DNA from: Flavobacteriales bacterium
GTDB lineage: Bacteria; Bacteroidota; Bacteroidia; Flavobacteriales; UBA1820
Assembly (NCBI GenBank): GCA_028709885.1
Contig: JAQUTH010000002.1
Location: forward strand, 1-43,441
DNA length: 43,441 bases
Reading direction: 5' to 3'
Shown here: positions 19,420-28,759 of the stretch, piece by piece
Position numbering within the stretch: the first letter of the stretch is position 1
Layout of the letters: every line of letters starts with the position of its first letter
Position numbers and translations under genes: made by a program
Notes under the pieces: model-generated
Seen by the model: only the letters and a program-made list of their open reading frames with translations
The model's database searches: none
Told to the model about the DNA's origin: nothing

Positions 19420-20634
19420 ATGGACAACAAACACACAACAGAACTCTCAGGACGCATACAGCGCCTTGAACCATCGGCTACACTACTAATGTCAGCCAAA
19501 GTACGCGAACTAAAAGCACAAGGAGTGGACGTTATCAGCCTATCATTGGGCGAGACAGACTTTTTCACTCCCGATGTCATAAAAGCCGCTGCAAAAAAAG
19601 CCATAGATGACAATTACAGTTTTTACTCACCTGTGGCAGGATACCCAGAACTGAAAAAAGCCGTATGCCACAAATTCAAAAGAGATAACAACCTCACCTA
19701 TGAGCCTTCGCAGATAGTTGTATCTACCGGAGCAAAAAACTCCATTTACAACGTCATGCAGGTACTTGTAGATGCAGGCGATGAAGTGCTAATACCAGCA
19801 CCATACTGGGTTAGCTACGTGGAAATAGTAAAACTTGCCGAAGGAACACCCGTGGTTATGCCTACCAGCATCAAAACCAACTACAAGATAACACCAGAAC
19901 AACTGGAAAAAGCTATTACTCCACGCACCAAAGCCATCATTTACTCTTCACCATCTAATCCAACAGGAGCAGTTTACACCCGTGAAGAACTCAAAGCATT
20001 GGCAGCAGTATTCGCCCGTCACCCACATGTATTCATCATATCCGATGAAATATATGAACACATAAACTTCACCGCAGAAGGACACACATCCATAGCTGAA
20101 TTTCCAGAAGTGTACCCTCAGACCATAGTTGTAAATGGACTTGCCAAAGCGTATGCCATGACTGGATGGCGTATAGGATTTATAGGCGCAGCACAATGGA
20201 TAGCCAAAGCCTGCGAAAACCTACAAGGACAAGTTACATCAGGTACTAACTCAGTAGCTCAGATAGCCGCCGTAACAGCTCTTATGGCAGACCCTAAGGA
20301 AATAGTAAAACCTATGGTCGGCACATTTGCAGCACGCCGTGAATTAGTATTAAAAGGACTCAGCGAAATACCAGGACTTAAAACAGATACTCCTTACGGA
20401 GCATTCTACGCATTCCCTGACATCTCTGCTTACAAAGGCAAATCCTTTGGCGATGTCAAGATAAACAACTCCGATGACCTATGCTTGTACTTGCTTTCCG
20501 AGGCTCACGTAGGACTTGTAGCAGGTTCTTCCTTTGGTAATGACAACTGCATCCGCCTTTCTTACGCTGCCAGCGAAGACACCCTTCGTGAAGCTCTGCG
20601 GCGCATAAAAGAAGCTCTTGCAAAACTTAAATAA
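19420..20634 (+). CDS. Class I/II pyridoxal-phosphate-dependent aminotransferase (aspartate aminotransferase-like)
   Basis: 404 aa. It has the PLP-lysine motif NGLAKAYAMTGWRIGF and the stretches PSNPTG and YWVSY, typical of AspAT family Ib. Confidence 0.85.
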   Translation: MDNKHTTELSGRIQRLEPSATLLMSAKVRELKAQGVDVISLSLGETDFFTPDVIKAAAKKAIDDNYSFYSPVAGYPELKKAVCHKFKRDNNLTYEPSQIVVSTGAKNSIYNVMQVLVDAGDEVLIPAPYWVSYVEIVKLAEGTPVVMPTSIKTNYKITPEQLEKAITPRTKAIIYSSPSNPTGAVYTREELKALAAVFARHPHVFIISDEIYEHINFTAEGHTSIAEFPEVYPQTIVVNGLAKAYAMTGWRIGFIGAAQWIAKACENLQGQVTSGTNSVAQIAAVTALMADPKEIVKPMVGTFAARRELVLKGLSEIPGLKTDTPYGAFYAFPDISAYKGKSFGDVKINNSDDLCLYLLSEAHVGLVAGSSFGNDNCIRLSYAASEDTLREALRRIKEALAKLK

Positions 20635-20651
20635 CGCATCTGCGCAAAACT

Positions 20652-20679
20652 AAAAACCCCGCCTACGGCGGGGTTTTTT
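20652..20679 (+). terminator. Intrinsic terminator downstream of the aminotransferase gene
   Basis: The sequence is aaaaa-CCCCGCC-tac-GGCGGGG-tttttt. The same 17-nt stem-loop recurs at 25283-25299. Confidence 0.8.
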
Positions 20680-20724
20680 ATTTCCAAAACATTTCGTTTC
20701 AGCAATATTTTATATAGAAAAATT

Positions 20725-20740
20725 TGTTTCACGTGAAACA
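20725..20740 (-). terminator. Short hairpin terminator downstream of the DUF5009-like gene
   Basis: The palindrome tgtttcacgtgaaaca begins 4 nt beyond the stop codon. On the minus strand it is followed by AAATTTTTC. Confidence 0.4.
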
Positions 20741-20743
20741 ATA

Positions 20744-21952
20744 CTACAATTTCAGTTTTATATTTACCTTACCCAAAAGCCAAGCTATCCATACCACACA
20801 CAGCGAAAAGATAAAACATCTTAAAAGTCCCATGCCACCATCATAAGTGCAGGCAGGATAATGCCACTCCAAAAGAATCATTACATTTCCCGTTATGTAT
20901 GGCATGATATAACAGGTAAGGGTATGCGTGCCAGCAGGTTTTATCACATCAAATATCTTTTTAGCATTCAGAACATCACACACATAATACACCAAAGCAA
21001 AAACAGGCAGAAATATAGCCAAACAATAGAATAACCACGTAGGAGTAGCCTGCATCTTGGAAATTATCCACCACTGATGACTCATATATCCGCATACCAA
21101 CATAACAACAGCCGTACCACATAGCACTGCCAAAAACTTAGTAGCAGATACTTTTGCGTATTTTTTCATCACCAAACTGCACACCACACCCGCCATAGTT
21201 AATGTATAAAGAACAGGTTGGCTCGGTATATTTTCTATCACCCAAATGCCTTTGAACACACCTATGAAAGTAATTATACACAGAGCTATCATCACCCACA
21301 GAGCCACTGCGTTTTTCCAGAGCGAATCTTTCAGCAGGACGTACAAAAGCGAACACAGCAAGTAAGACCAGCCCAAAAGACCTAATATACCCCACCATTT
21401 AGTGCCAAAACTCTGCCCTTCTTTCGGTACAGCTATCATATACAGATACACCAAAAGGGCAACACCGGCTATTTTCATCACTGTAAAAATATTTTTTTTC
21501 CAGCCCTCAACACGCGGATACACATCCCAGATGAGAAAAAATCCCAATACCATAAGCAGAGAAAACCATGCCGAAGGTAATCCTGACGCTTCTCCATCAT
21601 ACGCCCCTTTGTTCACCGTAAAAAGTCCCATCACAATAAGAGCCACACTGCGTTTTAAGATGTGAACTATAACTTTTAGAGTGCTATCGCCTTTTTTATA
21701 GCGAGCATTTACAGCAAAAGGCACCGCCATACCCATAGCAAAAAGAAAAGCAGGAAAAATAAGGTCTGAAAAACCCATCATATCCTCGTTTAATTCTGCA
21801 TGATACAGACAGTGTGGCAGACCCTTTACTCCTGCCATCTCATTAACAAAAAGCATTAAAAACATAGTAATGGCGCGAAAAACATCCAAAGCCGCCACTC
21901 GTGTAGATTTTTTCAAAGTATTCATTGTTGTGTAGTGTTTTAGAAAGTCCAA
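20744..21952 (-). CDS. Multi-pass membrane protein, DUF5009 / heparan-alpha-glucosaminide N-acetyltransferase-like acyltransferase family
   Basis: 402 aa with about 10-11 TM segments. The N-terminal motif RVAALDVFRAITMFLMLFVNE is typical of this family. The assignment is from memory of the family pattern. Confidence 0.5.
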   Translation of the reverse strand: MDFLKHYTTMNTLKKSTRVAALDVFRAITMFLMLFVNEMAGVKGLPHCLYHAELNEDMMGFSDLIFPAFLFAMGMAVPFAVNARYKKGDSTLKVIVHILKRSVALIVMGLFTVNKGAYDGEASGLPSAWFSLLMVLGFFLIWDVYPRVEGWKKNIFTVMKIAGVALLVYLYMIAVPKEGQSFGTKWWGILGLLGWSYLLCSLLYVLLKDSLWKNAVALWVMIALCIITFIGVFKGIWVIENIPSQPVLYTLTMAGVVCSLVMKKYAKVSATKFLAVLCGTAVVMLVCGYMSHQWWIISKMQATPTWLFYCLAIFLPVFALVYYVCDVLNAKKIFDVIKPAGTHTLTCYIMPYITGNVMILLEWHYPACTYDGGMGLLRCFIFSLCVVWIAWLLGKVNIKLKL

Positions 21953-22084
21953 ATATATGCGATTATTGTTATTTTTTCGCTATTTTGAAAAAAAAATCAT
22001 TTCATGTCCATTTTTTTCACTACATCACCTCAATAAACGCCATATATTACGAAATTTCAAAACCGTTATTCCCACATTTTTACA

Positions 22085-22092
22085 TACATTTG
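22085..22092 (+). promoter_or_regulatory. -7 promoter box (TACATTTG) for the proCBA operon
   Basis: This is a TAnnTTTG match 32 nt upstream of the proC ATG. Confidence 0.45.
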
Positions 22093-22123
22093 TGTCTTAG
22101 CAAATCTTAAAAACACAGTAGAA

Positions 22124-22903
22124 ATGAAAATAGCAGTCTTAGGAGGAGGAAATATGGGAGGAGCAATAGCAGCAGGAGCTATTGCAGCAGCAGTGGTCAA
22201 AGACACCGACGTAAGTATCTCTCACGCTCGTGAAGCTCTGACCAAACGTCTTGAAAACATCAACGCTCACCCGCTAATAACAAAAGACAACACCGAAGCT
22301 GTAAAAGGAGCCGACATCATCTTTGTGGCAGTCAAACCTTGGCTTGCCGAAGGCGTTCTCCGTGAAATAGCGCCACTTATAGACCCAACATCACAGTGCA
22401 TAGCATCCGTAGTAGCAGGAGTGCCTTTTTCTACATTGGCATCTTACTTTGAAACGCCACCAGCCATGTACCGCGTCATACCTAACACCGCTGTTTCTCT
22501 TTCGCAAAGTGCTACTTTTATCAGTAAGAAAAATACCTCAGCTCTTCAAGACCAAATGATTGAGAGTATTTTCATCCCATTGGGTGAGACTTTCATGGTA
22601 AAAGAAGAACAGATGACAGCCGTTACAGCCCTTGCATCATGTGGTATAGCCTACATACTCAAATACATAGACGCTGCCACCGCAGGAGGTGTAGAACTGG
22701 GAGTAGAGCGCAGTGAAGCGCAAAAAATAGTAATGCAGACCGTCCGTGGAGCATTGGCACTACTGGACACCAACGGCACTACTCCCCAGCAGGAAATAGA
22801 CAAAGTAACCACCCCCGGAGGTATCACACTAAAAGGTCTGGAAGAAATGCAGAGAAGTGGTTTTGCCGCAGCTGTTATAAATGGTCTTTTAGCCAGCAAA
22901 TAA
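22124..22903 (+). CDS. proC: Pyrroline-5-carboxylate reductase
   Basis: 259 aa. It has the N-terminal Rossmann motif IAVLGGGNMGGAI and the C-terminal TTPGGITLKGLEEM, typical of P5CR. Confidence 0.88.
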   Translation: MKIAVLGGGNMGGAIAAGAIAAAVVKDTDVSISHAREALTKRLENINAHPLITKDNTEAVKGADIIFVAVKPWLAEGVLREIAPLIDPTSQCIASVVAGVPFSTLASYFETPPAMYRVIPNTAVSLSQSATFISKKNTSALQDQMIESIFIPLGETFMVKEEQMTAVTALASCGIAYILKYIDAATAGGVELGVERSEAQKIVMQTVRGALALLDTNGTTPQQEIDKVTTPGGITLKGLEEMQRSGFAAAVINGLLASK

Positions 22904-22910
22904 CACCACT

Positions 22911-23990
22911 ATGGATAAAAAATACAAACGCATAGTTGTAAAAATAGGTAGCAACGTCCTTACCCGTGCTGACGGCAGTATAGACGCCACACGTATGTCA
23001 GCCTTGGTAGACCAAATAGCCACCCTGCACAAAGAATCGGTAGAGGTTATTCTTGTATCATCTGGTGCTGTAGCATCTGGACGAAGCGAACTATCACCTT
23101 CTCACCACATGGATTCAGTAGCAGCAAGACAGCTTTTTTCCGCCGTTGGGCAGGTAAAACTGATACACCGCTATTACGAACTTTTCCGCGAACACGGCAT
23201 CACTTGCGGACAAATACTTACCACCAAAGAGAGTTTTGGCACACGAGGACACTACCTAAACCAACGCAACTGCATGGAAGTGATGCTTGAAAACGGTGTT
23301 GTACCCATAGTTAATGAAAATGATACCATTTCCGTTACCGAGCTAATGTTTACCGATAACGACGAGCTTTCTGGACTGGTATCTGCCATGATGGACGCCG
23401 AGGCTCTTATCATTCTGAGCAACATAGACGGCATATACAACGGAGACCCTCATTCTCCAAAAAGCAAAGTAATAGTACAAATAAAACCATCCGAAGACCT
23501 TTCTTCTTTCATACAGACAGCAGGCAGTTCATTTGGGCGTGGAGGTATGCGCACCAAGAGCCGTATAGCCTCCAAAGTAGCCGAAGAAGGTACAGAGGTC
23601 ATCATTGCCAACGGTAAAAAAGATGACATTCTAACGTCTTTGGTAGGTGGAGAGGACGTCCTTTGCACCCGTTTTACTCCTTCGGAAAAAATAGCATCTG
23701 GTGTCAAAAAATGGATAGCCCACAGCGAAAGTTTTGCCAAAGGAGCTATCTACATAAACCAAGGCGCATACCAAGCTCTTATGGCTCCAAAGGCGGTAAG
23801 TCTTTTACCCATAGGTGTGGAAAAAACAGAAGGGTATTGGGAAAAAGACGATATTGTGCGTATCTTAGCTCCTGACGGCACGCAGATAGGCGTAGGACGC
23901 GCGTCTATGGACAGTGAGAGTGCCATTTCTGTCATTGGCAAAAAAGGTGGCAAACCGCTTGTTCATTACGATTATTTATATTTGGATTAA
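22911..23990 (+). CDS. proB: Glutamate 5-kinase (with C-terminal PUA domain)
   Basis: 359 aa. It has the stretches [22 protein letters not shown] and NENDTIS. The C-terminal ~90 aa are PUA-like. Confidence 0.9.
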   Translation: MDKKYKRIVVKIGSNVLTRADGSIDATRMSALVDQIATLHKESVEVILVSSGAVASGRSELSPSHHMDSVAARQLFSAVGQVKLIHRYYELFREHGITCGQILTTKESFGTRGHYLNQRNCMEVMLENGVVPIVNENDTISVTELMFTDNDELSGLVSAMMDAEALIILSNIDGIYNGDPHSPKSKVIVQIKPSEDLSSFIQTAGSSFGRGGMRTKSRIASKVAEEGTEVIIANGKKDDILTSLVGGEDVLCTRFTPSEKIASGVKKWIAHSESFAKGAIYINQGAYQALMAPKAVSLLPIGVEKTEGYWEKDDIVRILAPDGTQIGVGRASMDSESAISVIGKKGGKPLVHYDYLYLD

Positions 23991-24001
23991 ACGAAAAAAC
24001 A

Positions 24002-25249
24002 ATGGAACTGAGTGAAATATTTGATGCCACACGTGATGCCTCGCGTGAGCTATCCCTTATAGAACAAAAGAAAATAAACGGTCTTTTGGAAAAAATAGCC
24101 GATGCTGCTGTCTTTTCAGCAGATTACATTTTGGCAGAAAACAAAAAAGATTTGGCACGTATGGACGCCTCAGACCCTATGTATGACCGTCTTTTGCTCA
24201 CCCGTGAACGTATAGATGATATAGCCAGTGATATGCGCTCGGTAGCCTCACTACCATCGCCAGTAGGAGAAATAATGAGTAGTGTTACCCGTCCTAACGG
24301 CATGAGGATAGACAAGGTGCGTGTACCTTTTGGAGTTATAGGTGTCATTTACGAAGCACGTCCCAATGTCAGCTTTGACGTTTTTTCCCTTTGTCTTAAA
24401 ACCAAAAACGCAGCTGTTCTAAAAGGCGGTAGCAATGCCGAATATTCCAACAAAGCCATAGTGGAGGTCATAAAAGGCGTACTCAGTCAAAACGACATAA
24501 ACGAAAACATCATCACTCTACTCCCTGCCACGCGCGAAGCCACTGCCAGTCTGTTACACGCTGTTGGCAAGGTTGACCTTTTGATACCACGCGGAGGCAA
24601 ATCTCTTATAAGTTACGTCCGTGAAAATGCCAAAATACCAGTCATAGAAACAGGAGCTGGCATATGTCATACTTATTTTGATAGTTTTGGAGATGTGAAA
24701 AAAGGAGCTGCCATTATCCTCAACGGCAAAACCCGCCGCGTGAGCGTGTGCAACGCCTTGGATAGTCTTGTCATACACAAAGATGCTCTTGCTCTACTGC
24801 CAGAGCTTTGTAAAGCATTGGGTGAGAAAAAAGTAACTATTTATGCAGATGAGAATGCTTTTTCTGCCCTTGAAGGAAAATACCCTGCTTCTTTGCTCCA
24901 AAAAGCACTGCCTGAACATTTTGGCACTGAGTTTTTGGACTACAAAATGGCTATCAAAACAGTAGACTCTTTTGAGCAAGCAATAGAGCATATCACAAAA
25001 TACACATCGGGACACAGCGAAGCCATTATCACTGAAAACAAAACCAACGCTATCGCTTTTCAGAAAAGAATAGACGCTGCCTGCATATATGTAAATGTAC
25101 CTACCTCTTTTACAGACGGAGGACAGTTTGGTTTCGGAGCAGAAATAGGCATCAGTACACAGAAACTACACGCCCGTGGCCCTATGGCTTTGCCTGAAAT
25201 AACCACATACAAATATCTCATCACTGGGGATGGTCAAGTGCGTGATTAG
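24002..25249 (+). CDS. proA: Glutamate-5-semialdehyde dehydrogenase (gamma-glutamyl phosphate reductase)
   Basis: 415 aa. It has the stretches [20 protein letters not shown], the catalytic-Cys region [11 protein letters not shown], and HSEAIIT. Confidence 0.9.
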   Translation: MELSEIFDATRDASRELSLIEQKKINGLLEKIADAAVFSADYILAENKKDLARMDASDPMYDRLLLTRERIDDIASDMRSVASLPSPVGEIMSSVTRPNGMRIDKVRVPFGVIGVIYEARPNVSFDVFSLCLKTKNAAVLKGGSNAEYSNKAIVEVIKGVLSQNDINENIITLLPATREATASLLHAVGKVDLLIPRGGKSLISYVRENAKIPVIETGAGICHTYFDSFGDVKKGAAIILNGKTRRVSVCNALDSLVIHKDALALLPELCKALGEKKVTIYADENAFSALEGKYPASLLQKALPEHFGTEFLDYKMAIKTVDSFEQAIEHITKYTSGHSEAIITENKTNAIAFQKRIDAACIYVNVPTSFTDGGQFGFGAEIGISTQKLHARGPMALPEITTYKYLITGDGQVRD

Positions 25250-25278
25250 TTTTATACACCATAACGCTTTAAAACTAA

Positions 25279-25306
25279 AAAGCCCCGCCTACGGCGGGGC
25301 TTTTTT
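25279..25306. terminator. Bidirectional intrinsic terminator between proA (+) and the DUF4468-like gene (-)
   Basis: The sequence is aaaaag-CCCCGCC-tac-GGCGGGG-ctttttt. Confidence 0.8.
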
Positions 25307-25322
25307 ATGCCGCAGAGGACAT

Positions 25323-26558
25323 TTATTTTATCTTAGCAGTCATTATCTCTCCTATGAACATCTTTGGTATATTAGAAGCAGAGTGAGCTTTTATAGAAGC
25401 ATCTACCACGCCACTTTCTGTCAAAGACTGAGAAAGCATCTTTTTACACTGCAAAACCACTGTTTTACCATCAAAAGAAAATCTTAGAGAATAAGTATCC
25501 GCATTTTCAAGGATAGAATATGCAGGCATAGAAGGACTAACATAGCACACAGCTACGTTTTTACCAAATAAAACAGCCATACCACCCCATGAAGCCTCCG
25601 CAGCCTCACCGTCAGCAGAGACAGACACACCACTCTCGTTCATCACTTTTAAGACGTTGAACGGTATCTCTTTAACATCTACCACAGTGTAACCACCTGT
25701 TGTAACAGGAGCTGTCTGCATAGGTTTTACCTCTGGTGCTGGTGTTTTTTTAGCAGGCTTAGCCTCAGTGGTTTTTACCGGCTCTTTGACAATGGCAACT
25801 ACATCACCAGAGAGATTATTCTGTTCTGCTTTTTTATCTGCAAGCTGCTTTTGAAGCTCTGCCAAAGAAGGTTGTTCATTAACCACTGGTACTGTTTTTG
25901 CCACTACCGGGTTTGAAAATTGTTTAGCCATGCGCTCACCTTTGGCAGTAGCAGTGGCTATTTTTGATACCTCAGTACCCAGAGCCTTAGTCAATGACGC
26001 GTACATACCGTCCACCATATCTATGGTTTTTATACGGAACTTACTGGTGAGTTGGTTTAGCTTGGTTTTTGTTTTATCCAAAGCATACTCATCTGTTATG
26101 GCATTTTCAGCTGTATATTTCTCTGGTTCTTTTTTATCTGGGACATAATACTCATAACGAATACTCCATATCCTCACGTCAAGGCGTTGGTCTGAGGCAG
26201 TGAGTTTCATACGGTATGTGATAAAACTACGGTCCACTGAAAGGAAAGTCTTGTTGAATACCAAATGATATAGAGGCATAACAGCTAATTCGCCGTTTTC
26301 TTTTTCCTCAAAAATCTTAATATCTGGGTCTTTGCGGTCTATTTTCCTCTCTTTAAGGAAAAGTTCAAGCCACCCTCGAGCCACATCATACACCTGCTCT
26401 TGAGATAGTCCTGGAGCATCTATTGTAGTGGAAAACACCACCTTGCCGTCCTCCAAAGGTATAGCGCCTTCTAAATATTTGCTCATATCTTCTTTTTCGT
26501 CCTGAGCAAAAACCACTCCGCACGCAAAAGTCAAAAACAATAAAAGTATTCTTTTCAT
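25323..26558 (-). CDS. Secreted DUF4468-like protein with a low-complexity linker and an unassigned C-terminal domain
   Basis: 411 aa with a signal peptide (MKRILLLFLTFACGVVFA). The N-terminal half resembles Bacteroidetes DUF4468 (YLEGAIPLEDGKVVFS...). A Lys/Pro/Thr/Ala-rich linker follows. Confidence 0.45.
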   Translation of the reverse strand: MKRILLLFLTFACGVVFAQDEKEDMSKYLEGAIPLEDGKVVFSTTIDAPGLSQEQVYDVARGWLELFLKERKIDRKDPDIKIFEEKENGELAVMPLYHLVFNKTFLSVDRSFITYRMKLTASDQRLDVRIWSIRYEYYVPDKKEPEKYTAENAITDEYALDKTKTKLNQLTSKFRIKTIDMVDGMYASLTKALGTEVSKIATATAKGERMAKQFSNPVVAKTVPVVNEQPSLAELQKQLADKKAEQNNLSGDVVAIVKEPVKTTEAKPAKKTPAPEVKPMQTAPVTTGGYTVVDVKEIPFNVLKVMNESGVSVSADGEAAEASWGGMAVLFGKNVAVCYVSPSMPAYSILENADTYSLRFSFDGKTVVLQCKKMLSQSLTESGVVDASIKAHSASNIPKMFIGEIMTAKIK

Positions 26559-26594
26559 AATCTATATTTTATCTGTTATCCATAAGTGAACATA

Positions 26595-26602
26595 CAAAGG
26601 TA
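26595..26602 (-). promoter_or_regulatory. -7 promoter box (TACCTTTG on minus strand) for the DUF4468-like gene
   Basis: Plus-strand caaaggta lies 37 nt upstream of the ATG at 26558. Confidence 0.4.
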
Positions 26603-26688
26603 ACAATATTTGAATACTAAGATGTTATTTTTGGTTAAATACAAAAAAACCTCTCATTTCAGAGAGGCTCATATTTTATCTATATTAT

Positions 26689-28089
26689 TTATTTGGAGAA
26701 ATACTCCCTCATAGCCTTTTTTACTCTTGGAGCTAAAATGAAAAGAGTAATCATAGTAGGCACAGCCATAAGCGCATACGCCAAATCTATAATGCCAACC
26801 GCCGCATGAAGAGGTATCATAGCTGCCACCACTATCATCAACAGATAGAAATAATTGTACCATTTGGCATTGTGCGCTCCGAAAAGGTAATTGGTGCATT
26901 TCTGACCATAATACGAATAAGAGAACATGGTAGAAAAAGCAAAGAAAAGTATCACCACCATGAAAAGATAACCTCCCACACCCGGTATTCCAGCCTGAAA
27001 AGCCTTCAAGACTATTTCAAGACCTTTGACACCTTCTACGTTATAATCTCCCTTGATAAGTATGGCAAGTGCTGTAAGAGTACACAAAAAGCCAGAATCT
27101 ATTGAAGGACCTATCATAGCATTCAGTCCCTCGCGCACAGGATTAGTCGTTTTAGACGCTCCGTGCATCATGCTGGCAGTACCCACACCAGCTTCGTTTA
27201 TCTGAATAGCTCGGCGAGCACCTATGATAGCCACACCAGCCAGTCCGCCAAGTCCTGCTTTGAGGTTAAATGCTCCTTCAAATATGGACTCAAATACCGA
27301 CGGCACTACGTGTATATTTGTCAATATGATGTACAGAACAATAAGGAAATACATTACCACCATCAAAGGCACCATTTTGGCAGATATTTTGGCTATTCTT
27401 TTTATACCACCTATAACAACCATGGTTACTATCAAACATATTATCACTCCTGAAAGAAAGCGAAATGATAAGACATTGCTCCACCCAAATGTAGCTCCTA
27501 CGGTAGATAATACTGCGCTGTTTTCTATGCTCTCAGGCGTGGTAAACATAGTCATAATGGCTTCTGTAAGCTGATTAGCCTGCATTATACTGAGCGTTCC
27601 TATAAGTCCCATTACAGAGAAAAACACAGCCATAGGCTTCCATTTTTTTCCAAGACCTTCGGTTATCATATACATCGTTCCACCTTGTGTTTCTCCTGCG
27701 GAGTCTTTTCCGCGATACATTATGGCAGACGCCCCCTCAAAAAATTTGGTAGCCATTCCTACTACTGCGCTCACCCACATCCAGAATATAGCTCCTGGTC
27801 CTCCCATAGTCAGCGCTATGGCTACACCTGCTATGTTACCCATGCCTACGGTGGCTGCTATGGTGCTCATCAATGCTTCAAAGGAGCTTATCTGTCCGTC
27901 TGCTCCATCGCTTTTGTCATCTTTTCCCAAGAGTTTTATGGCTCTTCCATAGTATTTTAGCGGTGCAAATCCTGAATATATCAAAAAGAACAATCCTCCG
28001 CCTATCAGTAGCACAAATAGTGGGTATCCGCACACAAAATCACTGACCGTTGTTATTATGGTGTCTATGGTATCTGTAAATGACTGCAT
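26689..28089 (-). CDS. Sodium:alanine symporter family (AGCS) transporter
   Basis: 466 aa. It has the stretches GMGNIAGVAIALTMGGPGAIFWMW and ANQLTE and about 11 TM segments, all typical of AGCS. Confidence 0.88.
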   Translation of the reverse strand: MQSFTDTIDTIITTVSDFVCGYPLFVLLIGGGLFFLIYSGFAPLKYYGRAIKLLGKDDKSDGADGQISSFEALMSTIAATVGMGNIAGVAIALTMGGPGAIFWMWVSAVVGMATKFFEGASAIMYRGKDSAGETQGGTMYMITEGLGKKWKPMAVFFSVMGLIGTLSIMQANQLTEAIMTMFTTPESIENSAVLSTVGATFGWSNVLSFRFLSGVIICLIVTMVVIGGIKRIAKISAKMVPLMVVMYFLIVLYIILTNIHVVPSVFESIFEGAFNLKAGLGGLAGVAIIGARRAIQINEAGVGTASMMHGASKTTNPVREGLNAMIGPSIDSGFLCTLTALAILIKGDYNVEGVKGLEIVLKAFQAGIPGVGGYLFMVVILFFAFSTMFSYSYYGQKCTNYLFGAHNAKWYNYFYLLMIVVAAMIPLHAAVGIIDLAYALMAVPTMITLFILAPRVKKAMREYFSK

Positions 28090-28109
28090 TATATATTATT
28101 TATTTTGTG

Positions 28110-28117
28110 CAAAGGTA
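28110..28117 (-). promoter_or_regulatory. -7 promoter box (TACCTTTG on minus strand) for the AGCS gene
   Basis: Plus-strand caaaggta lies 21 nt upstream of the ATG at 28089. Confidence 0.45.
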
Positions 28118-28249
28118 GAGAAGTTATGTGTGTATTTTTAAACGGTATCTTTTTTGTTTGTTAATTTTTATACATCTGTGTTATTTATTTTCATTTTTAA
28201 CACATCATGCCTATTTTTTAGTTTATAGCATAGCAAAAAAAACAAAAAA

Positions 28250-28267
28250 GGCAACCTTACGGTTGCC
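28250..28267 (-). terminator. Orphan intrinsic terminator (minus-strand orientation) directly 3' of the tRNA-like remnant
   Basis: The hairpin is GGCAACC-ttac-GGTTGCC. On the minus strand it is followed by TTTTTTGTTTTTTTT. No complete gene lies upstream of it on that strand, only the 15-nt tRNA-like fragment. Confidence 0.6.
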
Positions 28268-28275
28268 TTTTTCAG

Positions 28276-28290
28276 CGGAGAGAGAGGGGC
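28276..28290 (-). other. tRNA-Ser 3'-end-like remnant (candidate att core / direct-repeat copy at the island junction)
   Basis: The minus strand reads GCCCCTCTCTCTCCG. This matches the 3' T-stem half, a TCTCTCC acceptor strand and a G discriminator, as in bacterial tRNA-Ser (E. coli tRNA-Ser ends ...CCCCCTCTCTCCGCCA). No T-loop, anticodon arm or 5' half follows, so it is a fragment and not a gene. Confidence 0.45.
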
Positions 28291-28328
28291 TTAGTTAATT
28301 TGCGTGTAACCTTTATGTTTATCAAATA

Positions 28329-28343
28329 GTTACGAGCTTGGTT
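28329..28343 (+). repeat. Copy 1 of a GTTACGAG(C)TTGGTT direct repeat in the island-proximal non-coding arm
   Basis: gttacgagcttggtt here recurs as gttacgag-ttggtt at 28569-28582. Both copies are followed by (GG)TTAC...TAAA. Confidence 0.3.
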
Positions 28344-28568
28344 TTTAGGTTCGGTTACAGCTAACTTACTAAACCGTGTCTCTAATTTTGCCCTTAAACG
28401 AGACAAGTCGAGACATCGTGTTTTTGTCATCTGTTTTCATCCTCAAAAACATATAAAATACACCTAAAAAGAGGCTTTTTACGCCCATTTTCGGACACCG
28501 TTTCTCCCAAACCTAAGCATTTAACTACTTAATATTCAAGTGTGGTATTTTATTGCAAACCCTCCCAG

Positions 28569-28582
28569 GTTACGAGTTGGTT
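28569..28582 (+). repeat. Copy 2 of the GTTACGAG(C)TTGGTT direct repeat
   Basis: See copy 1. In addition, an inverted 8-mer AGTAACCA at 28671-28678 complements TGGTTACT at 28579-28586. Confidence 0.3.
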
Positions 28583-28759
28583 ACTAAATTGCGATTCTGT
28601 AAAGTCAAAGAACGTTTTGCCTGCTTTTTCAAGCATCTTTGGTAGCGCAAACATAACCTATCATTGTGTAAGTAACCAGTTATTTCCCGACTATTTTTAC
28701 CCCTATTCAGGGCAAAATACTTGATGTTTTAATGTAAGATTTAAACCTTAGCACAATGT

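Noticed and set aside
19311-19613. 100-aa minus-strand ORF overlapping the aminotransferase promoter and 5' end
   Set aside because: It overlaps a well-supported gene and its promoter box. The translation has no recognisable features.
28276-28290. Possible complete tRNA gene at the island junction
   Set aside because: Only about 15 nt match a tRNA-Ser 3' end. The adjacent sequence (ttagttaatttgcg...) cannot form a T-loop, anticodon arm or D arm. I report it as a remnant, not a tRNA.
28542-28724. 60-aa plus-strand ORF, and a 35-aa minus-strand ORF (about 28554-28661), in the island-edge non-coding arm
   Set aside because: Both are short, lack a promoter box and have no motifs. They are more likely chance ORFs or gene debris.
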